Origin: an uncultured Clostridia bacterium
GTDB taxonomy: Bacteria; Bacillota; Clostridia; Christensenellales; UBA1242
Length of the DNA stretch: 64,000 nt
Direction of reading: 5' to 3'
NCBI GenBank assembly: GCA_934754335.1
Contig: CAKVHY010000001.1
Location: forward strand, 2,484 to 66,483
The stretch's first letter is position 1; every line of letters begins with the position of its first letter. The position numbers and the translations under genes were made by a program. The notes under the pieces are model-generated. The model did not search any database, was not told the origin of the DNA, and saw only the letters and a list, made by a program, of their open reading frames with translations. Positions 38,063-48,012 of the stretch are shown here, in pieces.

Positions 38063-38578
38063 TTAATTAAAGAATTGTTTGATTATTTCCAATATCTTGC
38101 TTTTATAAACCACCTTTTCACTAGAATTTTCCACAAAGCATAATGGTGGATAAACAACGCACCACCAATTATCTCCGCTTCCCGTTCCGAGATTAACAAT
38201 TAAAGCATCGTAATAATCACTTTCTAACAAAAACTCTCCATAATATCTTGTTGGAAACAACTCATTATTTATTTCAATATGGCTTTTATAGTTAAAGCCA
38301 TTATCTTTCAAAACGTTATCTGCCACTCTTTCCATTCCATTAAAATTGGCTTCTAAAATTTGAACCAATTCTTCCTTACTCTTTGCATTACATATAAGCG
38401 GAGTGATATATTCCACCAACTTATCTTTCACCTTATATTTAACTTCTTGGTCAATCTCAGCATTGCTATTTGCTCTGATATGAAGCCTTAAATAATCCGT
38501 GTTTTTTAATGTGTTACAAGCACCTATAAATAGAACTGAAATAAATAATATAAATATGTAAATCAACTTTTTCTTCAT
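38063..38578 (-). CDS. spoIIR: stage II sporulation protein R
   Basis: Signal/lipobox (FIGAC), then DYLRLHIRANSNAEIDQEVKYKVKDKLVEYITPL and GDNWWCVVYPPLCF, which are hallmarks of SpoIIR. Confidence 0.85.
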   Translation of the reverse strand: MKKKLIYIFILFISVLFIGACNTLKNTDYLRLHIRANSNAEIDQEVKYKVKDKLVEYITPLICNAKSKEELVQILEANFNGMERVADNVLKDNGFNYKSHIEINNELFPTRYYGEFLLESDYYDALIVNLGTGSGDNWWCVVYPPLCFVENSSEKVVYKSKILEIIKQFFN

Positions 38579-38651
38579 GATTTCTCCTTAAGTATTTCAT
38601 TGACTTGGATTTGCACTTATATAACGTTTTTGTCAATAAACCCATATTAAG

Positions 38652-38689
38652 AAACAAAAAAACGACAATTTATAACACAATTGTCGTTT
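38652..38689 (-). terminator. terminator after the SipL-like gene
   Basis: AAACGACAATT-loop-AATTGTCGTTT 11-bp stem followed by a T-run. Confidence 0.7.
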
Positions 38690-38707
38690 TTATTTAGATT
38701 TTAAAAA

Positions 38708-40249
38708 TTAAAATTCTATTAATCTTTGTTTGTAAATAACAATCTTTGTGCCTGCTTTCAAAGGCAATTCCAAATCTGGATTTTGTTCTAATATCATATC
38801 TGGCGACACGTTCATTTCTTTCGCAATATCCCAAATTGTATCACCATCTTTCACGATATAAATGCTAAGGACTAAATCATCATAAGGTTTTTCTTCACCT
38901 TCAGATGCTTCACTTATAACGCATTCTTTTAGATTCTGATAGAAATCTGCATAAACAAATAATTTAGCAGTTATCTCAATTTCCTTTCCACGTTTGCCTT
39001 TTGCAACCACTTCGCCGATTCCAATATTAATTATTGGATTAAAGTCATTTGGAATATCGTTTGCATTTAAAAGCAATGAGAATGGCATCTCCACTTCATA
39101 AGAAACTGTGGCATTATCTTCTTTATTAAAGTAGATAACAGATGTAAATGCAACGCCCTCTAACAACAATCTATTATCCATAATCTTTGCATTTGCAAGC
39201 GTTACATGATTACAGCAATTTCCTAACACTTCGTCCATAAAAGGCATATTATCTTCAAGCGTTGCACTGCCATCAATCTTTTCCACATAGTCCATAGAAG
39301 CGAAAGGCTTTAATGTTTCCATACTTTGATAATTTGTTTGTAAGAAATTATCCACATTAAACACATCTGTTACAGTTTCCATTTCTTTTTGATTAAACAC
39401 AAATCCATTATACATAACCGGTACAACGCAATTAACCACTGCATTTTCCACATCTATAGATGTTGTAATTTTCATTTCATTAACTAGTACTTGAATATTA
39501 TTTTGAATAACGCTTTCAGGATCAATATTTTCACCTGCAATTTCTTGCGTGAAATCAAAGTTGCCTGTTTTTGTACGAATAAGCGGAGTGTCTCCTTCAG
39601 ATAAATAACAAATATCTAAATTAATTCCGCCCTTCAAAACTAAGTACTTTTCTTTCGCTTCCACGCTCTCAATAAACACTGATGGACAAACAGACATAAC
39701 TTTATTAACGCTATCGTTTATTTCCACGTCCTGAACAATCTCAAATTTCTCAGTTGGAGTATCTTCAAGTGTTTGATATGTTATTAATTCATTTTTTGTA
39801 AACGTACTATTTCCGCCAACAGAAACAAGTGCGTTAGTTTCTTCGGTTATAATGCCATCAACATTGATTTCCACTATCACGCTCACTTTTATTGAGTTTG
39901 TTTCCATCATAGTTTTAACATCGATAACATTCGCCGTAACGATAGGTAACATATTCTCATATCCGCCCGTTACTCCAACAATCCTATCTTTAAATTCTGC
40001 ACTATAATCTAGTGCTTGCGGTATTTTACTTTCATCTAAATAAATTACTTGCAAATTAGCAAAACCCCTGAAAGAAATTTCATTGTTGGCAACCTCACTT
40101 CCTTCAATATTTGCTTTTGCATTTGCACATAGTATGCCCATTGGTTTTCCTTCTGCCACAGGCAATCTACATTCAATTACCGCTTGAGTTGCACCAAGTC
40201 TTTTCCTAAAAGAACTCACCAACTTTTCATAATTCGGTTCAAATGCCAT
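38708..40249 (-). CDS. SipL/SpoVID-like spore coat morphogenetic protein (DUF3794/SPOCS repeats plus C-terminal LysM)
   Basis: 513 aa. C-terminal LysM (YIVKDGDTIWDIAKEMNVSPDMILEQNPDLELPLKAGTKIVIYK). Size and architecture match clostridial SipL as I recall it. Confidence 0.6.
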   Translation of the reverse strand: MAFEPNYEKLVSSFRKRLGATQAVIECRLPVAEGKPMGILCANAKANIEGSEVANNEISFRGFANLQVIYLDESKIPQALDYSAEFKDRIVGVTGGYENMLPIVTANVIDVKTMMETNSIKVSVIVEINVDGIITEETNALVSVGGNSTFTKNELITYQTLEDTPTEKFEIVQDVEINDSVNKVMSVCPSVFIESVEAKEKYLVLKGGINLDICYLSEGDTPLIRTKTGNFDFTQEIAGENIDPESVIQNNIQVLVNEMKITTSIDVENAVVNCVVPVMYNGFVFNQKEMETVTDVFNVDNFLQTNYQSMETLKPFASMDYVEKIDGSATLEDNMPFMDEVLGNCCNHVTLANAKIMDNRLLLEGVAFTSVIYFNKEDNATVSYEVEMPFSLLLNANDIPNDFNPIINIGIGEVVAKGKRGKEIEITAKLFVYADFYQNLKECVISEASEGEEKPYDDLVLSIYIVKDGDTIWDIAKEMNVSPDMILEQNPDLELPLKAGTKIVIYKQRLIEF

Positions 40250-40370
40250 TTTAAAACCTCCCTCAAGTTTTAATCTATTAGTATAATATTTTTCCGTTTG
40301 GCTAATTAGAACAAAATTTAAAAAGTTTTTATAAGTTTTAAAAAAAATTAGAGCCTTTTTTAAGCCCTAA

Positions 40371-40616
40371 TTAATTTTTAGTTCCAGCAAAAGATATTTC
40401 TCCGCACAAAACATCTGAATATGAATAACTTGTTCGAGTTAAATACACTTTATTATTCGGTTTTATTATAAACATTGAAGGATAAACTTTTTCCACAAGT
40501 GCGTTTATTTCCACAAATTTATTTCTTCCCTTATTTATCACAAAATCCACATTTTGCCCTTTCATTGCGTTTATTTTTTGCTTCACTTCTTCCATATTAT
40601 TACTGCCAACTCTCAT
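40371..40616 (-). CDS. veg: Veg protein
   Basis: KGRNKFVEINALVEKVYPSMFIIKP...TRTSYSYSDVLCGEISF matches the Veg family pattern. AGGAG lies 7 nt upstream of the ATG at 40616. Synteny with rsmA. Confidence 0.85.
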   Translation of the reverse strand: MRVGSNNMEEVKQKINAMKGQNVDFVINKGRNKFVEINALVEKVYPSMFIIKPNNKVYLTRTSYSYSDVLCGEISFAGTKN

Positions 40617-40669
40617 TATAAATCTCCTAATCTTTTTGATTTATTATTGGCAAATTTTCCCATTTTATA

Positions 40670-41743
40670 CTAATCTATTAAATTTACACTTTCGCCAGTG
40701 TTGGCATCTTGATACATTATCCAATAACCTTCACCTTCAGGTTCTCCCGCTTTCAATGGCAACCATTGGCTATATTGCTCCAATTCTTTAGGTGGTTCAA
40801 TAGAATACGTACCCGGAACACCATAGCAAACATATTGCAAATTTCCATTCTCATAAATTAAGCCAATCACATAATAATGCCCATCATTTTCAAAGTCCAC
40901 CTTCACCCACTTACTCTCTTCAATAAGTTCTTCCAACCTTCGCTCTCTTGGATATTTAACAAATAGCTCGTCTATTTGCTCACTTATCATGTTATAAAAC
41001 TTGTGATTATCGTTTGAAATGGCTTTATCTATCTCTTTTTCCACTTGTTCTTCATCGTACTCAAAAAGTTCAGCATTCTTATTAGGCTTTGCGCTTATCA
41101 CCACATCTTCCAGTTCCACCATTTCACTTTTATTGTCTAGTCCTTTTTCAAAGTCCTTGCCAAACAGTTCTTCTAATCTATTAGTTTCGGCTTTATATTC
41201 TTCTTCAAACGCATCTTCTTGCTTTTTTATTTCGTTATTACACTCGTTCTCATTTATTTCTTTTTCTTCAAAGAATTGCTTTTCAACACTCGGATTTGGC
41301 TCAAAATTTATCTCTTCAAGCAATACTTTTTCCGGCTCAACTCCTGATGGTTTTATAGTTTTTGTATAAACATTATTAATGCTTTTATTTAGATTTTCTA
41401 TCACCTTAGACTTATAATCAAAAGTACTTTCGCTAGAGCCATAAACCAATGGCACAATCTTATTCTCTTCGTTTACAACAATCACGCAACCAATCTTTCC
41501 ATTTAAATCGAAAGAGTTATCTAATTTGAAATTATATGTTTTGCCATTATGTATTTCAACATTTTGTTTAAAACTTTGCTTATTATCCACACTTATTCCC
41601 AAGATTGCGGAACTAACGCCTAAATCATAGCATTTTAGTGCTCCAAAAATGCCAGCATTAGATTTATATATTGTTAAAACCGCCAAAGATTTATAATTAT
41701 CTTTTTTATTGCTCAAAACTATTGTTTTCTTTAAAAAATCCAT
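40670..41743 (-). CDS. conserved-looking hypothetical protein (beta-rich N-domain, acidic linker, C-domain)
   Basis: 357 aa with an AAGGGG RBS. It occupies the slot between rsmA and veg where Bacillus has yabG, but shows no resemblance to the YabG protease. Confidence 0.55.
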   Translation of the reverse strand: MDFLKKTIVLSNKKDNYKSLAVLTIYKSNAGIFGALKCYDLGVSSAILGISVDNKQSFKQNVEIHNGKTYNFKLDNSFDLNGKIGCVIVVNEENKIVPLVYGSSESTFDYKSKVIENLNKSINNVYTKTIKPSGVEPEKVLLEEINFEPNPSVEKQFFEEKEINENECNNEIKKQEDAFEEEYKAETNRLEELFGKDFEKGLDNKSEMVELEDVVISAKPNKNAELFEYDEEQVEKEIDKAISNDNHKFYNMISEQIDELFVKYPRERRLEELIEESKWVKVDFENDGHYYVIGLIYENGNLQYVCYGVPGTYSIEPPKELEQYSQWLPLKAGEPEGEGYWIMYQDANTGESVNLID

Positions 41744-41856
41744 ATATTCCCCTTATATAAGGCTAACTGTTTTAAAACCTCACATATAATTATATATTAC
41801 AAATTTAAAAATTTGTTGAAAAAAGATTGGCATAATATATACCAATCTGTCGAAAT

Positions 41857-42693
41857 TTATTTTATTTTCAATTCGTTAATTTTATTTGCTAAGTTCACAA
41901 AATCTAAAGCACTCAGCGTTTCGCCACGCACAGTTTTTGAAAAGCCCAAACTCTCTAAAAGTTCCGCCCAAAACTGAACATCTTTCCCAAACGCCATCTT
42001 TAGATTATTTGTTAGCGTTTTTCTTCGCATCTGAAAACTTGCAGTTATAACCTTTTTAACAAGAGATAAGTCCGCAATCTCATACTTATTTTTATTTAAC
42101 TTAATTTCCACAATAGCACTATCAACGTTGGGCTTTGGCGTAAACATATTTCTACTAACTTTTCTAGAAATTCTAGCATCGCCAATTATTTCAATTGCAG
42201 GTGTGATTGCACCATATTCGCTCGTTCCCGCCTTGGCAGTTAGGCGTTCCGCCACCTCCAACTGTACCATTATATACATAGCAGTTAGATTATTTGCTTC
42301 TTCTAGGAACTTAAATATAATTGGCGTGGTTATATAATAAGGTAGATTTGCAATCATTACATATTTTTCATTGATTTCATCTTCAAAACTTTTCAAATTC
42401 ACTTTCATTATATCTTGAAAACGTACTTCAATATTATCATAAGGCTTAAAAATATCTTCTAAAAATGGCTTCAATTCCGTGTCTATTTCAAAAGATATAA
42501 CTCTTTTTGCCTTGCTTGCAATTGCCCTAGTTAATGTTCCCGCACCTGTTCCAATTTCAATAACAGTTGTGTTTTTATCCACGCCAGCATCGGAAACAAT
42601 AGCATTTAACAAATTAGAATCAAAAATGAAATTCTGACCAAACTTCTTATTAAATTTAAAATCATAACTCTTTAATAATTCTAATTCTTTCAA
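41857..42693 (-). CDS. rsmA: 16S rRNA (adenine1518/1519-N6)-dimethyltransferase
   Basis: KKFGQNFIFD, VIEIGTGAGTLT (SAM motif), ANLPYYITTPI. TTG start with an AGGAG RBS overlapping the end of tatD. Confidence 0.9.
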   Translation of the reverse strand: MKELELLKSYDFKFNKKFGQNFIFDSNLLNAIVSDAGVDKNTTVIEIGTGAGTLTRAIASKAKRVISFEIDTELKPFLEDIFKPYDNIEVRFQDIMKVNLKSFEDEINEKYVMIANLPYYITTPIIFKFLEEANNLTAMYIMVQLEVAERLTAKAGTSEYGAITPAIEIIGDARISRKVSRNMFTPKPNVDSAIVEIKLNKNKYEIADLSLVKKVITASFQMRRKTLTNNLKMAFGKDVQFWAELLESLGFSKTVRGETLSALDFVNLANKINELKIK

Positions 42694-42702
42694 ACTCTTC
42701 TC

Positions 42703-43500
42703 CTATTTCATTCTGCTGAAAATTCTTAATGCATTTTCAGTTGTTATCTTACAAACATCTTTGGGTTCAATTCCCTTTAGTTCCGCAATTTTCATTGCCA
42801 CAAATCTTGCCAAAATTGGCTTATTTCTTTCTTTTCCACGATACGGCTCCGGCGTTAGATATGGGCAATCGGTTTCAAGCATAATATTATTTATATCTGC
42901 ATATTTCACCACATCTAGCAACGCCCTAGCATTTTTAAATGTTAGAACTCCTCCGATTGATATTGCAACGCCAATTTTTTCAAGTTCTTTATATATCTCC
43001 AAACTCTCAGAAAAACAATGCACCACGCAACCATTTTTCAACAAATCCTTGTTTGCTTTTAGGATATCAACTGTATCTTGGATTGCATCACGAGTATGAA
43101 TAACCACAGGCAATTCCAACTCGTTCGCCAATTTAAGTTGTTCCACAAAAACACGTTTTTGTTTTGCTTTAATCTCTTCTAAGTTGCCTTCTTTTCTATA
43201 ATAATCCAAACCAATCTCACCGATTGCCACGATTTTCTTGCTCTTAACTGCTTCTCTAATTATCTTAACCGCTTCTTCGCCGAAATCGTCTGCATCATCA
43301 GGGTGAATTCCCAATTCGCCATAGATATTATCGTAAGAATTAGACAAATTCACAACCTTCTTCAAACTATCTAAATCATATGCCACAGTTATACATTTAG
43401 AAACTCTAAAACCTTCAGCCTCAAAAAACTCGTTATCGAATTTCGTGTTTTCAAACTCACTATCGGTCAGATGAGCATGAGTGTCGATAAACTCTAACAT
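42703..43500 (-). CDS. tatD: TatD-family metal-dependent hydrolase (YabD-like)
   Basis: FIDTHAHL, AIGEIGLDY, VIHTRDA, HCFS, ETDCPYL motifs. Overlaps the metG stop by 7 nt, as in the Bacillus metS-yabD arrangement. Confidence 0.85.
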   Translation of the reverse strand: MLEFIDTHAHLTDSEFENTKFDNEFFEAEGFRVSKCITVAYDLDSLKKVVNLSNSYDNIYGELGIHPDDADDFGEEAVKIIREAVKSKKIVAIGEIGLDYYRKEGNLEEIKAKQKRVFVEQLKLANELELPVVIHTRDAIQDTVDILKANKDLLKNGCVVHCFSESLEIYKELEKIGVAISIGGVLTFKNARALLDVVKYADINNIMLETDCPYLTPEPYRGKERNKPILARFVAMKIAELKGIEPKDVCKITTENALRIFSRMK

Positions 43501-45440
43501 ATTCTGCTTCCACTTCCTATTTCACTGCTTGGTGAAACCAATGTTAATTTAGAATTATCTTCGCTAACAGCACATAAAATCATGCCTTCACTTAAAATTT
43601 CTTTTAGTTTTATAGGTTTTAAATTTGTTACAACGCAAACTGATTTTCCGATTATATCTTTAGGCTCATAAAACTTTGCTATTCCGCTTACGATTGTACG
43701 GATTTCACTCCCGATTTCAACAGTATTTTTAAGCAATTTTTCACTGCCTTCCACTCTTTCAGAATTTAACACCTTTCCAACTTTTATAACCACTTTATCA
43801 AAATCGTCTATGGTTATAAACTCGCAATTTTGCTCCACTTTTTCTTCCTTCTTTTCTTCTTTTTTAGGTTCTGGTTTTGCAGATGCATCTAAGAATTCTA
43901 TTTCCTTATTCACATCTAATCTTGGGAACAACGCTTCCCCTTTTTCAACCTTTTTGCCATAATTTTCCAAACTAAATTTCTTAACGCTATCAAAATCTCT
44001 TTTATCTGCGTCAACTGAAAATTTATCAAGAACTTTTTTAGGAATATCTATCAAGAACGCTTGCAATAAAACGTTAGTTATTCTAAGCGTTTCACTCAAT
44101 GTATAAAGCACTGTTGCCAAACGGTCTTTATTGCCTTCTTTATTTAGTTTCCAAGGCATAGTGATATCAATATACTTATTTGCATATGCAATAACATTCA
44201 TAATCTCTTTAATTGCATTATCAACTCTTTGCTCACTCATTGCCTTATTACATTGCTTATAAAGATTATTTACTAAGTTAATTAACTCTTCATCTTCTTT
44301 CAATATTGTATTTGGAGCAGGCACAACCGCATCAAAATATTGAGTTATCATGGCAAGCGTTCTTGAAGCAAGGTTGCCTAAGTCATTACACAAATCACTA
44401 TTAATTGTGTTTACAAATGTATCTGTTTGATAAACAACATCTTGATAAATAGGCCCTTCTTTTAATAGATAATATCTTAAAGCGTCAGCCCCATATCTAT
44501 CGCAAATAACATTAACATCAAAGCCATTACTTTTACTTTTAGAAATTTTATCGCCTTTCAATGTTAAAAAACCTGTGGAATGAATTTGCTTTGGCAATTC
44601 CACATCAATCATATGAAGTAAGATTGGCCAAATAACGCCATGGAAACGTGCAATATCTCTACCTATAAATTGAACATCGGCTGGCCAATATTTTTGATAG
44701 AATTTATCATTCTTGGAATCATAACCCAATGCAGAAATATAATTTAAAAGTGCATCACACCAAACATAGATAACATGTTTTTTATCAAATGGTGCTTGAA
44801 TGCCCCAATCAAAAGAAGTTCTAGTTAAACACAAATCCTGAACTCCACCTTTAATGAAATTATTAAAGATTTCATTCTTTCTACTCTCTGGAACTAAAAA
44901 TTCAGGGTGATCCATATAGTACTTTCTAAGCCATTCAGTTTCAGCACTTAATTTTAAGAAATAACAATCTTCTTCCGCTTCTTGAACCGGTCTACCACAA
45001 TCTGGGCAATTGCCATTAACAAGTTGACCTTCAGAAAAGAAAGTTTCACAAGGCTCACAATAAAGACCTTTATATTTCCCCATATAAATATAGCCTTTAT
45101 CATAAAGTTTTTGCATAACCTTTTGAACCACTTCAATATGTTCTTCATCGGTGGTTCTTATAAACTTATCATAAGAGATTGAAAGTTTTGCCCAAATCTT
45201 TTTGAAATTATCCACAGTTTTATCAACGAACTGCTTTGGAGTTAAACCCGCCTGCTCTGCCTTATGCATCACTTTCATACCATGTTCGTCACTCCCTGTT
45301 AAAAACATAACATCATAACCATCTAATCTTTTATATCTTGCACACGCATCTGCAAGCACTGTGCAAAAACAATGGCCGACATGCAAATCCCCACTAGCAT
45401 AATAAATAGGTGTTGTAACATAGTATTTCCCTTTGCTCAT
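43494..45440 (-). CDS. metG: methionine--tRNA ligase
   Basis: HVGH (HIGH) and KISKS (KMSKS) motifs, a CxxC...CxxC knuckle and a C-terminal tRNA-binding (EMAP/Trbp111-like) domain. AGGAG RBS before the ATG at 45440 (MSKGKYYVTTPIYY). Confidence 0.95.
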   Translation of the reverse strand: MSKGKYYVTTPIYYASGDLHVGHCFCTVLADACARYKRLDGYDVMFLTGSDEHGMKVMHKAEQAGLTPKQFVDKTVDNFKKIWAKLSISYDKFIRTTDEEHIEVVQKVMQKLYDKGYIYMGKYKGLYCEPCETFFSEGQLVNGNCPDCGRPVQEAEEDCYFLKLSAETEWLRKYYMDHPEFLVPESRKNEIFNNFIKGGVQDLCLTRTSFDWGIQAPFDKKHVIYVWCDALLNYISALGYDSKNDKFYQKYWPADVQFIGRDIARFHGVIWPILLHMIDVELPKQIHSTGFLTLKGDKISKSKSNGFDVNVICDRYGADALRYYLLKEGPIYQDVVYQTDTFVNTINSDLCNDLGNLASRTLAMITQYFDAVVPAPNTILKEDEELINLVNNLYKQCNKAMSEQRVDNAIKEIMNVIAYANKYIDITMPWKLNKEGNKDRLATVLYTLSETLRITNVLLQAFLIDIPKKVLDKFSVDADKRDFDSVKKFSLENYGKKVEKGEALFPRLDVNKEIEFLDASAKPEPKKEEKKEEKVEQNCEFITIDDFDKVVIKVGKVLNSERVEGSEKLLKNTVEIGSEIRTIVSGIAKFYEPKDIIGKSVCVVTNLKPIKLKEILSEGMILCAVSEDNSKLTLVSPSSEIGSGSRIC

Positions 45441-45554
45441 AATTTTCTCCTTCAATTAAAACTGCATAAATTATATCAAACTTCTTTTGATTTGTAAAGT
45501 GGCAACAATTAAATAGGTTGTTCTATTTATAAAATATATAAAGTAAGATAATAC

Positions 45555-46121
45555 ATGAATGTAATTTGGTGTTTTATTTTAATTAGTGGTGCAATATCTT
45601 TAATTATCACATCGCCAGATCTATTTTTACTATCGCTCACAAACGCAAGCGAAAAAGCAATTGCTCTTTCTTTAAAACTTTGGGGCATCTATACTTTATG
45701 GCTAGGCATTTTAAAAATCGTGGAAGAATGTGAACTATCAAAAAAAATAGAGCAATTTTTTTCTCCAATCATAAATAAATTATTTCCGTCTTCCAGCCCT
45801 GAAGCAAAACAATTTATTTGCATCAATATAACATCTAATATGCTGGGTCTTGGAAATGCCAGCATTCCAAGCGGAATAAATGCAATCTCTGCTTTAGATG
45901 AAGGCAAAGATTATTTAACCACGTCTATGTTACTAGTTATTATTTTAAATGTTTGCAACTTACAAATTTTCCCCACTACAATAATTTCACTTAGAGCCTT
46001 ACATGGAAGTTCTAATCCGAGCGATATTATTTTACCAAACTTAATCTCTAGCCTATTCTCAATTGCTTTGAGTCTAACCATGGTTTGGATTTTCACAAAA
46101 TGGAGAAAACGAAAATGCTAA
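45555..46121 (+). CDS. spmA: spore maturation protein A (nucleoside-recognition membrane protein)
   Basis: Polytopic membrane protein of 188 aa. N-terminal MNVIWCFILISGAISL and the SpmA/SpmB tandem arrangement. Confidence 0.75.
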   Translation: MNVIWCFILISGAISLIITSPDLFLLSLTNASEKAIALSLKLWGIYTLWLGILKIVEECELSKKIEQFFSPIINKLFPSSSPEAKQFICINITSNMLGLGNASIPSGINAISALDEGKDYLTTSMLLVIILNVCNLQIFPTTIISLRALHGSSNPSDIILPNLISSLFSIALSLTMVWIFTKWRKRKC

Positions 46122-46621
46122 CATATTTAGTACCTATCTTTATTGTGTTTATTATCACCTATTCATTTATAAAAAAACAAAACACTTATTCGTTTTTTAT
46201 AAAGGGTGCAAAATCTTCATTTGACATTATTTTGACAACATTGCCATACTTATTGGCAATATTTATGGTTTTAGAGATATATAACGCCAGCGGAGTGAGT
46301 AAAGTTGTGACAGATTTTCTATCTCCTGTATTTAATTTCCTAGGCATTCCAAGTGCACTAAACGAACTTATAATTGTAAAGCATTTGTCAGGAAGTGGCA
46401 GTTTGGGAATACTTGAAGATATATATCTGACATATGGTGCTGATAGTTACATATCTAGATGCGCTTCCGTAATTATGGGCTCTAGCGAAGCAATTCTATT
46501 TGTGTTATCTGTTTATTTAAGTAAAACAAATGTTAAAAAAGTTGCCCCTGCAATTATTATATCATTTATTTCAAATATTCTAACCTCCGTATTTATTTGT
46601 TTTATTTGCAAATACATATAA
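46115..46621 (+). CDS. spmB: spore maturation protein B
   Basis: Membrane protein directly following spmA with a 7-nt overlap. GGAG RBS before the ATG at 46115 (MLTYLVPIF...). Confidence 0.75.
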   Translation: MLTYLVPIFIVFIITYSFIKKQNTYSFFIKGAKSSFDIILTTLPYLLAIFMVLEIYNASGVSKVVTDFLSPVFNFLGIPSALNELIIVKHLSGSGSLGILEDIYLTYGADSYISRCASVIMGSSEAILFVLSVYLSKTNVKKVAPAIIISFISNILTSVFICFICKYI

Positions 46622-46719
46622 ATTTTTAAAAAACAAAAAAATTCTAAAAACCCTATTGACAAATATTAAAACATGATATAAACTACCATAATCAAATTTT
46701 AATTTCAGGGGGAAAAATT

Positions 46720-47325
46720 ATGACACACAATGAAAAATTAAGTTATTTATATGCAAGTGAAATTGCAAAATTAGAAATGAAAAATGGCATTAAGGACTTA
46801 ATTCCAGCAGGTATTTTAGCATCAGGCGAAGTAAAAAATATAATGATGAAAGCATTTAACGCTTCAGCACTATCAAGCCTTGCATCAATGGATTATGCTT
46901 GCGGTACTGCTTTTAATAAAATGAAAGATGCAAATTTAAGAAGATTAAAATTAAATCAAAAAATTACTTCAAATCCATTCTTATCAGTATTGAATCCAAA
47001 TGACGAAGAAAATGTTGTTAGAACTACATATGATAGCAATAAAGGAAAAATGGTTAATTTTCAACCAGATTTAAAAAATTCAACATCTTTTGAGATCGGT
47101 CCAGATTCTTTAACAATTGATATTAGAGATGATAAAAACGGTGCATATTACACAATTTACTCAAACACAAATTCTGTTGAAATTTCATCAGTTGTAGTAA
47201 ATCCATCTATTCCAACGAGTGATCATACAAGAGAAGTTATTGATAAATACCAAATTGGTCTTGACGGACGTATTTCAAGCAGTCACTATGATAGTATGGA
47301 TAAAATGTCATACTTAGGATGTTAA
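46720..47325 (+). CDS. hypothetical protein, paralog 1 of 3
   Basis: 201 aa with a strong AGGGGG RBS. No signal peptide or TM. Shares helical-N / beta-C architecture and a P-x-N-D-E-E hinge motif with the next two ORFs. Confidence 0.65.
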   Translation: MTHNEKLSYLYASEIAKLEMKNGIKDLIPAGILASGEVKNIMMKAFNASALSSLASMDYACGTAFNKMKDANLRRLKLNQKITSNPFLSVLNPNDEENVVRTTYDSNKGKMVNFQPDLKNSTSFEIGPDSLTIDIRDDKNGAYYTIYSNTNSVEISSVVVNPSIPTSDHTREVIDKYQIGLDGRISSSHYDSMDKMSYLGC

Positions 47326-47350
47326 ATTTTATAAAAGGGGAAAAATAAAT

Positions 47351-47986
47351 ATGAATAACAAATATGAATATGTAGTTAATACATATAAAGAGCAAATAGC
47401 CTTACTATCTAAAAAAGAACAACTAGCAGATTTTTTTGCCCCTGAGATAAATGCACTACCTGATTTTCAATCTTTTTTAAGTAGATTTTTTGAAACCTCA
47501 GAACTTAAGACTTTTGATTGTGCAGAAGAATATTTTGCAGGCACATTAGATGAAATGAAAGCCTTAAACATTAATAGACTTTCTGAAAATTGCAAAATAA
47601 TGTCTTCTATGCTTAGATATATTAAACCAACAAATGATGAAGAAATCTCTGTTAGCGCAACAAAATCTAACACAACTTTTCCAAACGAAAAAAATTTAAG
47701 CAAAGAGCAATTTGAACTTTTATCTTCAACAGAACTAACAATTAGTCCAAGCGGATTTACTATAAAAATAAAAAAAGACTCAACAAAAACATCATTTATA
47801 GTTGCAAAAGAAGATTGTGTTTCATTTAAGCAAGTGAAAGTTCAGGCAAATCCAGAACTTTATTGCTTACCAAGAATAATTGACGATACATTTGAAGTAA
47901 AGAACAGTCAAATCCTTTATACGCATACAGATTCAGATGAGTACTCAAACTCCAGTTCAGATGAACATGAATTTAACAAAAACTAA
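47351..47986 (+). CDS. hypothetical protein, paralog 2 of 3
   Basis: 211 aa with an AAGGGG RBS. Same layout as paralog 1 (IKPTNDEE hinge). Confidence 0.65.
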   Translation: MNNKYEYVVNTYKEQIALLSKKEQLADFFAPEINALPDFQSFLSRFFETSELKTFDCAEEYFAGTLDEMKALNINRLSENCKIMSSMLRYIKPTNDEEISVSATKSNTTFPNEKNLSKEQFELLSSTELTISPSGFTIKIKKDSTKTSFIVAKEDCVSFKQVKVQANPELYCLPRIIDDTFEVKNSQILYTHTDSDEYSNSSSDEHEFNKN

Positions 47987-48012
47987 CAAAACATTTTAAG
48001 GTGGGAACATAT

